The notes under the pieces are model-generated. The model made no database searches. It worked only from the letters and a program-made list of their open reading frames with translations, and was not told the DNA's origin. 32,250 bases of DNA from Candidatus Acidiferrales bacterium (lineage in GTDB: Bacteria; Acidobacteriota; Terriglobia; Acidiferrales; UBA7541), in assembly GCA_035275865.1 (NCBI GenBank), contig DATEME010000122.1:1-32250 (forward strand), given 5' to 3'. The position numbers and the translations under genes are program-made. Shown here in pieces: positions 1 through 9,586 of this stretch (the stretch's first letter is position 1; each line of letters opens with the position of its first letter).

Positions 1-75
1 CTCGAAGTGAGGCTTCGTATTGGCATCGCCAGCTTTCGGCGTGATCCGGATTGTGCCGTTCAGTTTTGGCGCCAT
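1..75 (-). CDS. 5' end of an unidentified CDS running off the left edge (partial)
   Basis: Complement ATG at 73-75 opens MAPKLNGTIRITPKAGDANTKPHFE... and stays open to position 1. Too short to assign a family. Confidence 0.25.
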   Translation of the reverse strand, partial: MAPKLNGTIRITPKAGDANTKPHFE

Positions 76-203
76 GTTTCCCGCTCCGTCGAAGCGGACT
101 AAAACTATTAGTTACTATATTTTGTGCGCATTCACAACAGTTTAAGGGGATTCTTTGAGGCGAATTGTCATTTCCCTAACTCTTTAACCTTGGCATCCGA
201 CCC

Positions 204-1751
204 TTAGTCCCATTGGATAAACCCGTGAGCCGTGAGTTTACGCACAAGGTCGATACACTGACTCTCGACCTTCTCCGGTGGCGCGTCCGCATTTGCGCTC
301 AGTTGCCGGATCAATTCGCCGAGCGGACGTTTCCCATTAAAACCGCCGACGAATTCCGCCACCGGCGTCTGCAAACCGAACGAGGACGGTATACCGCGTG
401 TCTGCTTCAGGGAAAGAGACTTCGTTTCCCACCCGTTTTCGGCCCTATGAAGCACCTGCTCCAGAAGTGAATGCGGCAACAGCAATGGCCGCTTCGAAAG
501 TATTTCAGTTGGCGACGGATTCGCGCTCAGAAAGTCGTGTGCCGCAAATCGCAAAAGGACCAGATCTCCGAATGGCCGCTCTACGAACTGGCTCGCCTCT
601 TCCAGGACGGCCCAGTTGTCTCCGGAGCGGCGCCGCATCGCCACGACGCCATTGTGAATCGCCTCCACGTTGCGCTCGGAGAAATACCGCGCGTAAGCGT
701 CGTAAGCGGCCGCATCCAGATTGTTCCCCACCGAAAGCTCGCGGAGCCGGTCCAGGCTGTATTGTTCGACGCTTCTCGTCTGCCCCTTCACCGCCCAAAC
801 GTCGCATCCCGTTCCGCGGAACCATCCGGTGAGCCGCTCTTGCCAGCTCTCCCCTTCGACCTGGGCCCACTCGCAAAGCATCTGGAAGTAACCGCCTTCT
901 TCCAAATGCGCCGCCGCGTCTCGCGCGATTTGTCCGCACAGGCAATCCAAATCCATTGAATTGTCGCAAAAGAGAAATTGATTCGAGGGGCCGATGAAAA
1001 AAGGTGGGTTCGAGACGATTAGATCGAATTTTCTCCCTCTCACCGGTCCAAAGGCATCCCCGCATAGCCACTCCACATCTTCGATTCCGTTGAGCCGTGC
1101 GTTGAAGGCGGCGAACTCGATCGCTCGGGGGTTCAGGTCCGTGCCGACGACTTTCCCGCTGTATGCCGCTGCCCCGAGCGCTTGCACCCCGTTCCCGGTA
1201 CCCAAATCCAGCGTCGCTCGGGAGCGACGGTTCACGGTGAAGCAATGAAGAAATCGAGTAGTCGTATTAGGCCAGATGACAAAATCCGGCGCACAAGCCT
1301 CGAATCGAGCGTTGGTATCCGAGGCGATCCACTGGTTCTCGAATGGAACTAGGAGTACCTCGGGAGTCAAATCACTTCCCTCGATGCGCAAAATCTTACT
1401 GGCGCAAGCGGTTTCGACGAACCAGCCAGGGACAATTTTCGTCACTTCCGCGCGATCCATCCGTAACCCCAAGTAAAACCACCGCAATAGCGCGTTCAAG
1501 GCCGTCGGTTCTTGCACGAAACGCACCAGCCGCCCAGCACTGGCCTGCCTAGGCGAAGGCAACTCGTCCGCGTTAAGCGTCTTGAGGATAGACTCCACAG
1601 TGAAGCCCGTCTCGAGCAAGAAATTCCGCAGGCGCTGGGCGTCGGCGCTGCTCGGCGGAACAATAGCAGGCTCCGTCATAAGCCGCGTTTCCTCTTCTAC
1701 TTCAGCAGATTTGGGTTGCGTCGCGGAGAATATCACACCTTCTCCTGCCAA
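204..1751 (-). CDS. Class I SAM-dependent methyltransferase, NPPF-type (HemK/PrmC-like N5-glutamine or N6-adenine MTase fold) with long N- and C-terminal extensions
   Basis: 515-aa ORF. SAM-binding motif I is LDLGTGNGVQAL and catalytic motif IV is LIVSNPPFF. The track start is TTG at 1751; an alternative ATG at 1679 gives MTEPAIV.... Transcribed divergently from the T6SS operon. Confidence 0.8.
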   Translation of the reverse strand: MAGEGVIFSATQPKSAEVEEETRLMTEPAIVPPSSADAQRLRNFLLETGFTVESILKTLNADELPSPRQASAGRLVRFVQEPTALNALLRWFYLGLRMDRAEVTKIVPGWFVETACASKILRIEGSDLTPEVLLVPFENQWIASDTNARFEACAPDFVIWPNTTTRFLHCFTVNRRSRATLDLGTGNGVQALGAAAYSGKVVGTDLNPRAIEFAAFNARLNGIEDVEWLCGDAFGPVRGRKFDLIVSNPPFFIGPSNQFLFCDNSMDLDCLCGQIARDAAAHLEEGGYFQMLCEWAQVEGESWQERLTGWFRGTGCDVWAVKGQTRSVEQYSLDRLRELSVGNNLDAAAYDAYARYFSERNVEAIHNGVVAMRRRSGDNWAVLEEASQFVERPFGDLVLLRFAAHDFLSANPSPTEILSKRPLLLPHSLLEQVLHRAENGWETKSLSLKQTRGIPSSFGLQTPVAEFVGGFNGKRPLGELIRQLSANADAPPEKVESQCIDLVRKLTAHGFIQWD

Positions 1752-1846
1752 CCGATGAAAGCGTCGCAGAAATGGTCATCCGCTTGCTAAAGAGCTAAAG
1801 ACCTGAACCAAGCCGGTACGCTGCGGCGAGAAAGCTTAGGCGTCCC

Positions 1847-1875
1847 TTGACACTTGTCGAAACTGTGTGATAAAT
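1847..1875 (+). promoter_or_regulatory. Candidate sigma70-type promoter for the T6SS operon
   Basis: Perfect -35 TTGACA (1847-1852), a 16-nt spacer, then TGtGATAAA (extended -10-like TGn plus GATAAA, 1866-1874), about 170 nt upstream of the tssB ATG. Pattern match only. Confidence 0.3.
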
Positions 1876-2047
1876 GCTTCGCTTCACTCACTTTGCAAAC
1901 CGGTCTGGCCGCGACTGTGCCTCATAGCCGTCGAGGACTCGTTGGACCGTACGATGAGTTTCGCCGCTCGGCGGTCAAGCCCGGTCTTAATTGCGCTGCG
2001 GCGCGACATCACAGAATCGGCCGAAATCCTGAAAGGAAGGTGCTTAT

Positions 2048-2572
2048 ATGGCAAGACAGAGCGCACAACACAAACTGGACCGTGTTCGCCCGCCCCGCGT
2101 GCAGATTACCTATGACGTTGAAGTCGGTGGTGCCATAGAAATCAAGGAACTGCCGTTCGTCGTCGGCGTGCTGGGAGATTTCACAGGCCAGCCTCAGGAA
2201 CCGCTCCCCAGACTGAAGGACCGCAAGTTCGTGGAAGTTAATCCCGACAACTTCGACAGCGTGCTCGAAGGCATGAAGCCCCACCTTTCCTACGCCGTGG
2301 AAAACAAGCTCAGCGAAGATCCCAATGCTCCCCAGCTCAAGGTCGATCTCAAATTCAAGAAGATGGAAGACTTCGAACCGGCAAACGTGGCGAAGCAGGT
2401 CAAGCCGCTGAAAGATCTCATGGATCTGCGGACCCGCCTCGCCGACCTCCGCGGCAGCATGCAAGGCAACGACAAGCTCGAGGAACTGCTCCTGGATGCG
2501 GTCGGGAATACTGAAAAACTTGAAAAGCTGAAGGGCGAAATCAAACCGGGCGATGGAGGCTCCAATGGCTGA
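2048..2572 (+). CDS. tssB: T6SS small sheath subunit TssB (VipA/ImpB)
   Basis: The 174-aa N-terminus MARQSAQHKLDRVRPPRVQITYDVEVGGAIEIKELPFVVGVLGDFTG is the hallmark TssB signature. GGAAGG RBS lies 7 nt upstream of the ATG. It overlaps tssC by 8 nt (ATGGCTGA). Confidence 0.95.
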   Translation: MARQSAQHKLDRVRPPRVQITYDVEVGGAIEIKELPFVVGVLGDFTGQPQEPLPRLKDRKFVEVNPDNFDSVLEGMKPHLSYAVENKLSEDPNAPQLKVDLKFKKMEDFEPANVAKQVKPLKDLMDLRTRLADLRGSMQGNDKLEELLLDAVGNTEKLEKLKGEIKPGDGGSNG

Positions 2573-4052
2573 CGCAAAAGTTGCAAACACACAAGCCGCT
2601 GCGGCGGCTGAAACGCAGGAGCAAAGCCTCCTAGACCAGATCGTAAGCGACGGCCGGCTGGGCACGGACGCCGTCTCGCGCGAGCGCGGAAAGAATCTCG
2701 TGAAGGAGTTCGTTTCACAGATTCTCGAAGGCTCGATGACTGTCGCGAAGGATGCCGAGATGATGATCAACGCGCGCATCGCGCAGATCGATCATCTCCT
2801 CTCGATTCAGCTCAACGAGATTATGCATCACCAGTCATTCCAAAAGCTGGAAGGCTCCTGGCGCGGCCTGAAGCACCTCATGGATCACAGCGAGACCGGT
2901 ACCGGCTTGAAAATTCGCGTTCTGAACGTCAGCAAGAAGGAATTGCTGCGCGATATCGAAAAGGCGCCTGAATTTGACCAAAGCGCGCTCTTCAAGAAAG
3001 TCTACGAGGAAGAATACGGCGTGTTCGGAGGCGCCCCGTTCGGCGCGCTGGTCGGCGATTATGAATTCGGCAAGCATCCCGAAGACGTGGCCTTGCTCGA
3101 GGGCATTTCGCATGTTGCGGCCCAAGCTCACGCCCCCTTTGTCAGCGCAGCTGCGCCGGACCTGCTCAATCTGGAGAGCTTCACTTCGCTCGATGCGCCG
3201 CGCGATCTGGCCAAGATTTTTGACAGCACCGAGTATGCGAAATGGAAATCGTTCCGCCAGGGGGAGGACTCCCGCTACGTGGCGCTTTGCCTGCCGCGCA
3301 CGCTGTCCCGAGTTCCTTATGGCAAGGACACCAAGCCGATCGAGGAATTTGCCTACGAGGAGCACGTTGACGGCACCGACCACTCCAAGTACCTCTGGAT
3401 GAACGCCGCCTATTCGCTCGCCACCCGCATGACGAATTCCTTCGCTCAATATGGAATGTGTGTGGCCATGCGCGGCGTCGAGGGTGGCGGCTTGGTCGAG
3501 GGTCTCCCAGTCCACAATTTTTACACGGACGAGGGCGACCTCGCGCTCAAGTGCCCAACGGAAGTGCCGATTACGGATCGTCGGGAAAAAGAACTGGCGG
3601 ACCTCGGTTTTGTGCCTCTCGTTCACTGCAAGGGCACGGACTACGCGGCGTTCTTTAGCGTACAAAGCGCGCAAAAACCTAAGGTCTACGATTCGGATTC
3701 GGCGAATGCCAACGCGCGCTTGTCAGGACAATTGCCGTATATCATGGCCGTCTCCCGCTTCGCTCATTACCTCAAGGCCATGATGCGCGACAAAATCGGA
3801 AGTTTTATGTCGCGTGACGAAGCGGAGTCGTTCCTGAATCGATGGATCACGAAGTACGTCACTCCGGACGATACAGCGTCGCCTGCCGTGAAAGCACAGC
3901 GGCCCCTCCGCGAAGCCCGCATCGACGTGGTGGAAGTTCCGGGAAAGCCTGGAGTCTATCGCGCCGTAGCCTTTTTGCGGCCTCACTTTCAGTTGGACGA
4001 ACTTACTGTTTCTTTGCGCTTGGTGGCGGAACTTCCTGCGCCGGCCAAATAG
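2565..4052 (+). CDS. tssC: T6SS large sheath subunit TssC (VipB/ImpC)
   Basis: TssC-typical blocks: APFGALVGDYEF, APFVSAAAP, RYVALCLPR, YLWMNAAY, LADLGFVPLV, SRFAHYLK, FLNRWITKYV, RPLREARIDVVEVPGKPGVYRAVAFLRPHFQLDEL. The track ORF opens at 2553. ATG 2565 is preferred because GGAGG sits 5 nt upstream and it is stop/start coupled to tssB. Confidence 0.95.
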   Translation: MADAKVANTQAAAAAETQEQSLLDQIVSDGRLGTDAVSRERGKNLVKEFVSQILEGSMTVAKDAEMMINARIAQIDHLLSIQLNEIMHHQSFQKLEGSWRGLKHLMDHSETGTGLKIRVLNVSKKELLRDIEKAPEFDQSALFKKVYEEEYGVFGGAPFGALVGDYEFGKHPEDVALLEGISHVAAQAHAPFVSAAAPDLLNLESFTSLDAPRDLAKIFDSTEYAKWKSFRQGEDSRYVALCLPRTLSRVPYGKDTKPIEEFAYEEHVDGTDHSKYLWMNAAYSLATRMTNSFAQYGMCVAMRGVEGGGLVEGLPVHNFYTDEGDLALKCPTEVPITDRREKELADLGFVPLVHCKGTDYAAFFSVQSAQKPKVYDSDSANANARLSGQLPYIMAVSRFAHYLKAMMRDKIGSFMSRDEAESFLNRWITKYVTPDDTASPAVKAQRPLREARIDVVEVPGKPGVYRAVAFLRPHFQLDELTVSLRLVAELPAPAK

Positions 4053-4141
4053 GTCCGGCTGGGGAAACTCGCTTCGCGCGTATCGTGCAGTCGGGCCCAG
4101 CGGTTGCCATACCTAAAATTCATCGAGCATAAGGAGACGAG

Positions 4142-4621
4142 ATGGGAAATCTGTTCTTGAAGATCAAGAGCATCCCGGGATCCAGCAAGATCCAGGGGAT
4201 GGAAAATGCAATTGAGATCTTTAATTTTTCATGGGGCGCCAGCCTCGCGGGGGTCGACTCGGCAACGAAAGGTGAAACGGTCGGGCATCCGAACTTGACG
4301 GATCTTTCCATCAGCAAAGCCGTTGACAAGGCTTCGCCCCTCCTGTTCGCGAATATGACCAGCGGAAAGAGGCTCACTGACGATGTGGAGCTGTTCGTTC
4401 AGAAGACTCTCGACCAAAAGTCCGTGACTTATTATCACCTCAAGCTTAAGGGAGCCGTCGTCAACTCTTACAACGCATCTGGCGCCAGAGACGATAGCCC
4501 AACGGAATCCGTGACTTTCAACTTCCAAAAAATCGAGTTCTCGCATGACGAGGAAGAGGGCGGCAAAATGAAGGGTGCCGTTACCAAGGGCTGGGATATA
4601 GTAACGCACAAAGCAAGCTGA
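4142..4621 (+). CDS. hcp: T6SS inner tube protein Hcp (TssD)
   Basis: 159 aa. MGNLFLKIKSIPGSS...IEIFNFSWGAS...LTDLSISKAVDKASPLLFANMTSGKRL...ESVTFNFQKIEF...KGWDIVTHK matches the Hcp1 family layout. AAGGAG RBS at 4131-4136. Confidence 0.93.
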   Translation: MGNLFLKIKSIPGSSKIQGMENAIEIFNFSWGASLAGVDSATKGETVGHPNLTDLSISKAVDKASPLLFANMTSGKRLTDDVELFVQKTLDQKSVTYYHLKLKGAVVNSYNASGARDDSPTESVTFNFQKIEFSHDEEEGGKMKGAVTKGWDIVTHKAS

Positions 4622-4640
4622 TCCCGGTTTGCCGATAAAC

Positions 4641-5378
4641 ATGGCGAGCCCAACCACAGCAAAGCGTCTCTTTGAGGAAGGAAAAGTTCGGGCGGCCGCG
4701 AAGGAGCTTACGGAATACCTTCGCGACCACCCAGCGGACTCCACGCAACGAACATTCCTCTTCGAGCTCCTTTGTGCTTCCGGCGATCTCGTCCGCGCCG
4801 AAAAGCAGCTGAGCGTTCTCTCTCAGGGCGGCGCAGAAACGGAGATGGGTGCCGTTCTCTACTACTCGGCTTTGAATGCTGAAAAGCTTCGTAACGAGAC
4901 GTTCAATAAGGCCGGCTTCTCAAAGCACACCTCGTCCGCGCCGGTGACGGGCAAGCTCAACGGCCGCCCGTTTCAATCCTTGTGCGATGCCGATCCCGAC
5001 CTCGGAGGACGCCTGGAGGTCTACGCAGCTGGCGCTTATCTCTGGATTCCTTTCGAGCACATCGAATCACTACAAATGGAGGCGCCGCGCCGCTTGCGTG
5101 ACACGCTTTGGGCGCCTGCCATGATTCGAACGGGCCCGGCGTTTGAGAGCACCGAGCTCGGCGAAGTGCTGATTCCGGTGATCTATCCGTTTTCATGGAA
5201 GAACGAAAACGAAGCCGTGTGGCTCGGTCGCGTAACCGAATGGGCCGCCGACGAAAACGGAACCGAATACCCGTCCGGCCAAAAGATTCTTCTCGTGGAC
5301 GGCGAGGAAGTCCCGTTCCTTGAAGTCCGTTCGATCGAGTTCGATAAGCAGATCGCGGCTCCGGCAGCCGCAAACTAA
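4641..5378 (+). CDS. tagJ: T6SS accessory protein TagJ (ImpE/SciE family)
   Basis: TPR-like N-terminus (LFEEGKVRAAAKELTEYLRDHPADSTQRTFLFELLCASGDLVRAEKQL). The C-terminal block GRLEVYAAGAYLWIPFEHIESLQMEAPRRLRDTLWAPA...GRVTEW...LLVDGEEVPFLEVRSIEFD closely parallels P. aeruginosa TagJ1 as I remember it. The track start is TTG 4629; ATG 4641 is preferred. Confidence 0.85.
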   Translation: MASPTTAKRLFEEGKVRAAAKELTEYLRDHPADSTQRTFLFELLCASGDLVRAEKQLSVLSQGGAETEMGAVLYYSALNAEKLRNETFNKAGFSKHTSSAPVTGKLNGRPFQSLCDADPDLGGRLEVYAAGAYLWIPFEHIESLQMEAPRRLRDTLWAPAMIRTGPAFESTELGEVLIPVIYPFSWKNENEAVWLGRVTEWAADENGTEYPSGQKILLVDGEEVPFLEVRSIEFDKQIAAPAAAN

Positions 5379-5394
5379 AACGGAACTGAAAACA

Positions 5395-7245
5395 ATGCCC
5401 CTCCGCGAAGGCTTGCTCGACCCTATTTCCGCCGAAAATCCTAGCGGCATCGATGTCCGTTACGACTCGAAGCTGCTTCTTTACGACAAGATCAAGGAAG
5501 CCCGCCGCGAAGACGACGGCCTCGACCAAGGCGAATGGCAGCAGGAACGAAAAACCGCCGATCTTCCCTTCGTCCTGAAAAGCACTCAGGAAGCTCTCGC
5601 TACCAAAACAAAAGACCTTCAGCTTGCCGCATGGCTCTGTGACGCGCTTTTGCGGACGGAAGGATTCGGCGGCCTTCAGCAGGGCCTCGCTTTGTGCCAA
5701 GGTCTTATCGCCAATTTCTGGGACACGCTCTTCCCTCCCATCGAAGACGGAGACCTGGAACTCCGCGCCGCGCCACTCGATTGGCTCGGAACCGCACTCG
5801 ACATTCCGCTGAAAAAAGTCCCTCTGGCTCGCGCTGGCTACGGCTTCTTCAAATATAAGGAATCCCGCCTCGTCGGTTACGACGCGCCCACCCTCGGCGA
5901 CAAAGAAAGAGAGCAGCGCGCACAGCGAATCAGCGAGGGCAAGCTCGCCGCTGAGGACTTTGATAAAGCATTCAATGAAACGCCGAAGGCATTTTACGTT
6001 CAGGCTGAAAAAGATCTCGACGGCTGCCTCGCCACGCTCAAGAGTGTCGACGAAACCTGCGATGAAAAATTCGGTAGTGCCGGCCCGTCCTTGGGCAAGC
6101 TAAAAACGACCCTCGAGGAGATTCGCCACACGGTCCACGGCCTGCTCCAGAAGAAACGCGAAACCGAACCCGACCCTGTGGAAGAAAGTGCCTCCACAGC
6201 GCCGGGTTCCGACGGCGCTGCCGTGGGCGGAGGCGGAGCGCAGGGTACCGGCCGCAGCGCGATTCCCAGCATCGTCATCTCGATAATGACGAGCTCCGAA
6301 CCCGCCGACCGCCGCGAAATGATCGCGAATGTCGCGAAGGCCGCCGCCTTCCTCCGTCAGCGCGAACCGCACAGCCCGGCTCCTTACCTGATGATGCGCG
6401 GCCTCCGCTGGGGCGAACTGCGCGCCGCAGCACGCCTCTCCGACGCCGCGCTTCTTGAAGCGCCGCCGACGGAACTTCGCCAGCAGATCAAACGCCTCGC
6501 CTTGGCCGAAAAATGGGCCGAGCTTCTCGAGACGGCGGAAAACGCGATGTCTCTGCCGTGCAGCCGCGCGTGGCTTGATTTGCAGCGACACGTCGTCGAA
6601 GCCTGTACCGCCCTGGGTGGCGACTACGAAGGGATCGCTGCGGCCATTCGCCTGGAACTGAAAGTTCTGCTCCACGATGTACCCGAGCTGCTTGACGCCG
6701 CCATGCTGGACGATACGCCCGCAGCCAATGCCGAAACGCGCGCATGGCTTCTGCAATTGATGCGCCCCGCCTCCAAGCCGCAGCCGGCCGCGGACGGCGG
6801 AGCCTCCACAGAAGCGGCTTCGGAGAGCGCTCCTTCGCCCGGCCGGTCCGCGCCCGAACCGTCCTGGCCGTCGAAAACCGCCGATAGCTACGACGTTGCG
6901 ACCGAAGCCCTCAAGGCCGGTCAGGAGAAAAAGGCGTTCGACATCATGCAGCAGGAGATCGCTCGCCAAACGTCCGGACGAGGCCGCTTCCAACGAAAGC
7001 TTCAATTGATTCAGCTCTGCGTCGCCTCGGGCAAGGACGCCATCGCCCAGCCTCTGCTTGAAGATCTCGCCGCCGCGATCGAAAACCACAAGCTCGACGA
7101 ATGGGAAGACCGGGAACTCGTCGCGGATGCGCTCACCGCGCTGATGAACCTGAGCAGGCGAATCCAGGAAGACCCGTCGGAGAAGCAGAAAATATTCGAG
7201 CGCATCTGCCGCCTGGACCCCGTGCGCGCGCTGAGCGCAGGATAA
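5395..7245 (+). CDS. tssA: T6SS TssA, ImpA-N plus VasJ-type C-terminal region, with two low-complexity linkers
   Basis: ImpA N-terminal signature MPLREGLLDPISAENPSGIDVRYDSKLLLYDKIKEAR. Middle block EPHSPAPYLMMRGLRWGEL. VasJ-like block LLDAAMLDDTPAANAETRAWL. ATG 5395 is chosen over track start 5320 because tagJ ends at 5378. Ala/Gly/Pro/Ser-rich linkers lie near 6180-6250 and 6770-6870. Confidence 0.85.
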   Translation: MPLREGLLDPISAENPSGIDVRYDSKLLLYDKIKEARREDDGLDQGEWQQERKTADLPFVLKSTQEALATKTKDLQLAAWLCDALLRTEGFGGLQQGLALCQGLIANFWDTLFPPIEDGDLELRAAPLDWLGTALDIPLKKVPLARAGYGFFKYKESRLVGYDAPTLGDKEREQRAQRISEGKLAAEDFDKAFNETPKAFYVQAEKDLDGCLATLKSVDETCDEKFGSAGPSLGKLKTTLEEIRHTVHGLLQKKRETEPDPVEESASTAPGSDGAAVGGGGAQGTGRSAIPSIVISIMTSSEPADRREMIANVAKAAAFLRQREPHSPAPYLMMRGLRWGELRAAARLSDAALLEAPPTELRQQIKRLALAEKWAELLETAENAMSLPCSRAWLDLQRHVVEACTALGGDYEGIAAAIRLELKVLLHDVPELLDAAMLDDTPAANAETRAWLLQLMRPASKPQPAADGGASTEAASESAPSPGRSAPEPSWPSKTADSYDVATEALKAGQEKKAFDIMQQEIARQTSGRGRFQRKLQLIQLCVASGKDAIAQPLLEDLAAAIENHKLDEWEDRELVADALTALMNLSRRIQEDPSEKQKIFERICRLDPVRALSAG

Positions 7246-7254
7246 TCCGTCAAA

Positions 7255-7752
7255 ATGGCGCGATCTCAAGGCGATCTTACCGTCACGTTGTCCGTGCTGG
7301 ACCGCTTGATCGATAAAGAGCCTAGGATGGCCTCCGAGGCTCCTCTCACGCGCTCCCAATCGGTTCGCATGATGAAGGCCGCTGTGCAACGCGACCTCGA
7401 GTGGCTCCTGAACAGCCGCAGAATTTTCCTCGAGCCCGATGAAAGCCTGAAAGAGGTGAATCGCTCGGTCTACGTTTACGGCCTGCCGGATTTTTCCAAT
7501 TATGGTGCCGCGTCCGCGCCCGATCGCGCGAAGCTGCTTCGCCAGTTGATGACGGCGATCAAGCTCTTCGAGCCGCGCCTTCTCAACGTTCGCCTCGTGC
7601 CCATCGAATCCGAAGACGCCGGTGTCCAGGAGCTTCGCTTCCGCATCGAAGGTCTGCTCGCCATGGATCCTGCGCCCGAGCCGGTTTCATTCGACACTGT
7701 AGTCGAGCTTCGCTCCAGCAATTGTCGCGTCTCCGGAGGACCAAATGCGTGA
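7255..7752 (+). CDS. tssE: T6SS baseplate wedge protein TssE (gp25/GPW-like)
   Basis: 165 aa with LSVLDRLID, DLEWLLNSRR, SVYVYGLPDF and IKLFEPRL blocks typical of TssE. Starts 9 nt after the tssA stop and overlaps tssF by 8 nt. Confidence 0.9.
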   Translation: MARSQGDLTVTLSVLDRLIDKEPRMASEAPLTRSQSVRMMKAAVQRDLEWLLNSRRIFLEPDESLKEVNRSVYVYGLPDFSNYGAASAPDRAKLLRQLMTAIKLFEPRLLNVRLVPIESEDAGVQELRFRIEGLLAMDPAPEPVSFDTVVELRSSNCRVSGGPNA

Positions 7753-9586
7753 CGATTTGCTCCTCTATTACGAGCGTGAACTCGATTACATCCGCAAGAT
7801 GGCGGCGCAGTTCGCCGAAAAGAATCCCAAAGTCGCCTCACGCCTCGTGCTCGAACCGACGAAATGCGAGGACCCTCACGTCGAGCGGCTTCTCGAAGGA
7901 TTCGCCTTTCTCGCCGCGCGCGTTCACTTGAAGCTCGACGATGAATTTCCCGAAATCAGCGAAGCGCTGCTTAGCGTCGTTTACCCGCAACTCGTCCGGC
8001 CTCTTCCCTCGATGTCCATCGTCGAATTTCAACTCGACCCTGAAAAAGGGAAGCTCACCACCGGCCTTCCGATTGCCCGCGGCTCTTCTCTCTTCTCGCG
8101 CCCCGTGGCTGGTGTTCCCTGCACCTTCAAGACGTGCTACGACACCACTCTCTGGCCCGTAAGCGTCGGCTCCGGTGAATTTCGCGCGCCGAGCCGCCTG
8201 CAGCCGCCGGTCAAGACTGTCGACTCGACAGCTGCCGTGCGCATCGAACTTCGCGCCGCGCCCGACGTAAATCTAAAGGAATTGAAGATCGACCGCCTGC
8301 GCTTCTATCTCGATGGCGAAGGCGGCCTGATCAACACGCTTTACGAATTGCTCTTCACACGCCTTACGCGCATCATCGTCCGCGATCCCACTCCCGGCTC
8401 GAAGGTGCCTCCCGTCGCGCTCCCCGTGAGCGCATTGCGCCCTGTCGGTTTTGAGTCCGACGAAACTCTGCTGCCTCACGTGGACCGCTCGTTTTTCGGG
8501 CATGCTTTGCTGATGGAATATTTCGCGTTTCCGGAAAAATTCCTGTTTATCGATGTCGCCGAACTCGAGGCTGTGTGGGAAGCCGGCTTCAAAGATGCCG
8601 TGGAATTCGTTTTTCTTATTTCGGAAGTCGAGGGCGACGAACGTCGTCAGCGCCTCGAACTCGAAATCTCGAAAAAATCTTTTCGCCTCGGCTGTACGCC
8701 GATAGTCAATCTTTTCACTCAGGTTGCCGAGCCGATTCAACTCAGTCAGCGCAAATACGAACACCCGATCGTCCCGGATGTCCGCCGCCCCTATTCCACG
8801 GAAGTCTTCTCCGTCGATGAAGTGGGCTGCATTAACACGGCCACGCAGCAGACCTCAACCTTCGAGCCTTTTTATTCCTTGCGCCATTCCACGCGCGGAC
8901 GCAAGCAAGCCGCGTTCTGGCTCGCGCGCCGCCGCCCATCGGAGCGTCCCAACGACGACGGCACGGACATGTTCCTTTCGCTCGTCGATCTCTCGATGCA
9001 GCCGATGAATCCCGATTCGAGCATCCTCTCGATAAAGACGACCTGCACGAATCGCGATCTCCCCTCTCGTCTGCCTTTTGGGAACGAAGACGGCGACTTC
9101 GAGCTGGAGGGTTCCTCGTCACTTAAGCGAATCGTCGCATTGCGGAAGCCGACTCCGACCGTTCGGCCCATATCCGGCAAAAGCACGATGTGGCGCCTCA
9201 TTTCACATCTGTCGCTAAATTATCTTTCTCTCGTCGAAGGCGGGCGCGACGCGCTCCAGCAGATTCTGCGCCTTTACGACATTGGCCGTTCGGCCTATTC
9301 CCAGAACGTAATCGAGAGTATCCTTCGGGTACGCAGTGCGAAGCATTTCACTCGGGTTTCCGGCAATAACAGCATTACGTTTGCGCGAGGCACGCGCGTC
9401 GAAATCGAGCTCGACGAATCGCAGTTCGTCGGCAGCGGAGCGTATCTATTCGCCGCCGTGCTCGAACGGTTTCTCGGCTTGAGCGTTTCGCTCAATAGCT
9501 TCACGCAATTAGTCGTCACTACACCGCAAAGAAAGGCGCCGTTGCACGAATGGCAACCGAGAGCAGGACGCAGGATCTTGGTCTAG
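7745..9586 (+). CDS. tssF: T6SS baseplate protein TssF (ImpG/VasA)
   Basis: 613 aa. MRDDLLLYYERELDYIRKMAAQFAEKNPKVASRL and DPHVERLLEGFAFLAARVHLKLDDEFPEI are classic TssF N-terminal blocks. Confidence 0.93.
   Translation: MRDDLLLYYERELDYIRKMAAQFAEKNPKVASRLVLEPTKCEDPHVERLLEGFAFLAARVHLKLDDEFPEISEALLSVVYPQLVRPLPSMSIVEFQLDPEKGKLTTGLPIARGSSLFSRPVAGVPCTFKTCYDTTLWPVSVGSGEFRAPSRLQPPVKTVDSTAAVRIELRAAPDVNLKELKIDRLRFYLDGEGGLINTLYELLFTRLTRIIVRDPTPGSKVPPVALPVSALRPVGFESDETLLPHVDRSFFGHALLMEYFAFPEKFLFIDVAELEAVWEAGFKDAVEFVFLISEVEGDERRQRLELEISKKSFRLGCTPIVNLFTQVAEPIQLSQRKYEHPIVPDVRRPYSTEVFSVDEVGCINTATQQTSTFEPFYSLRHSTRGRKQAAFWLARRRPSERPNDDGTDMFLSLVDLSMQPMNPDSSILSIKTTCTNRDLPSRLPFGNEDGDFELEGSSSLKRIVALRKPTPTVRPISGKSTMWRLISHLSLNYLSLVEGGRDALQQILRLYDIGRSAYSQNVIESILRVRSAKHFTRVSGNNSITFARGTRVEIELDESQFVGSGAYLFAAVLERFLGLSVSLNSFTQLVVTTPQRKAPLHEWQPRAGRRILV

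Noticed and set aside
505-1245. 246-aa ORF in an alternate frame of the same strand as the methyltransferase gene (plus several plus-strand ORFs at 213-1790)
   Set aside because: Arg/Gly/Pro-rich nonsense-like translation lying entirely inside a gene with clear SAM-MTase motifs. This is a typical GC-rich shadow ORF.
2009-3674. Antisense ORFs 2009-2779 (256 aa) and 2835-3674 (279 aa) opposite tssB/tssC
   Set aside because: They overlap genes with unmistakable TssB/TssC signatures, and their translations are low-complexity with no recognisable motifs.
4957-7389. Antisense ORFs 4957-5700 (247 aa) and 6100-7389 (429 aa) opposite tagJ, tssA and tssE
   Set aside because: Long only because of the GC-rich third-position bias of the sense genes. 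They are Arg/Gly/Ala-rich, with no RBS or family resemblance.
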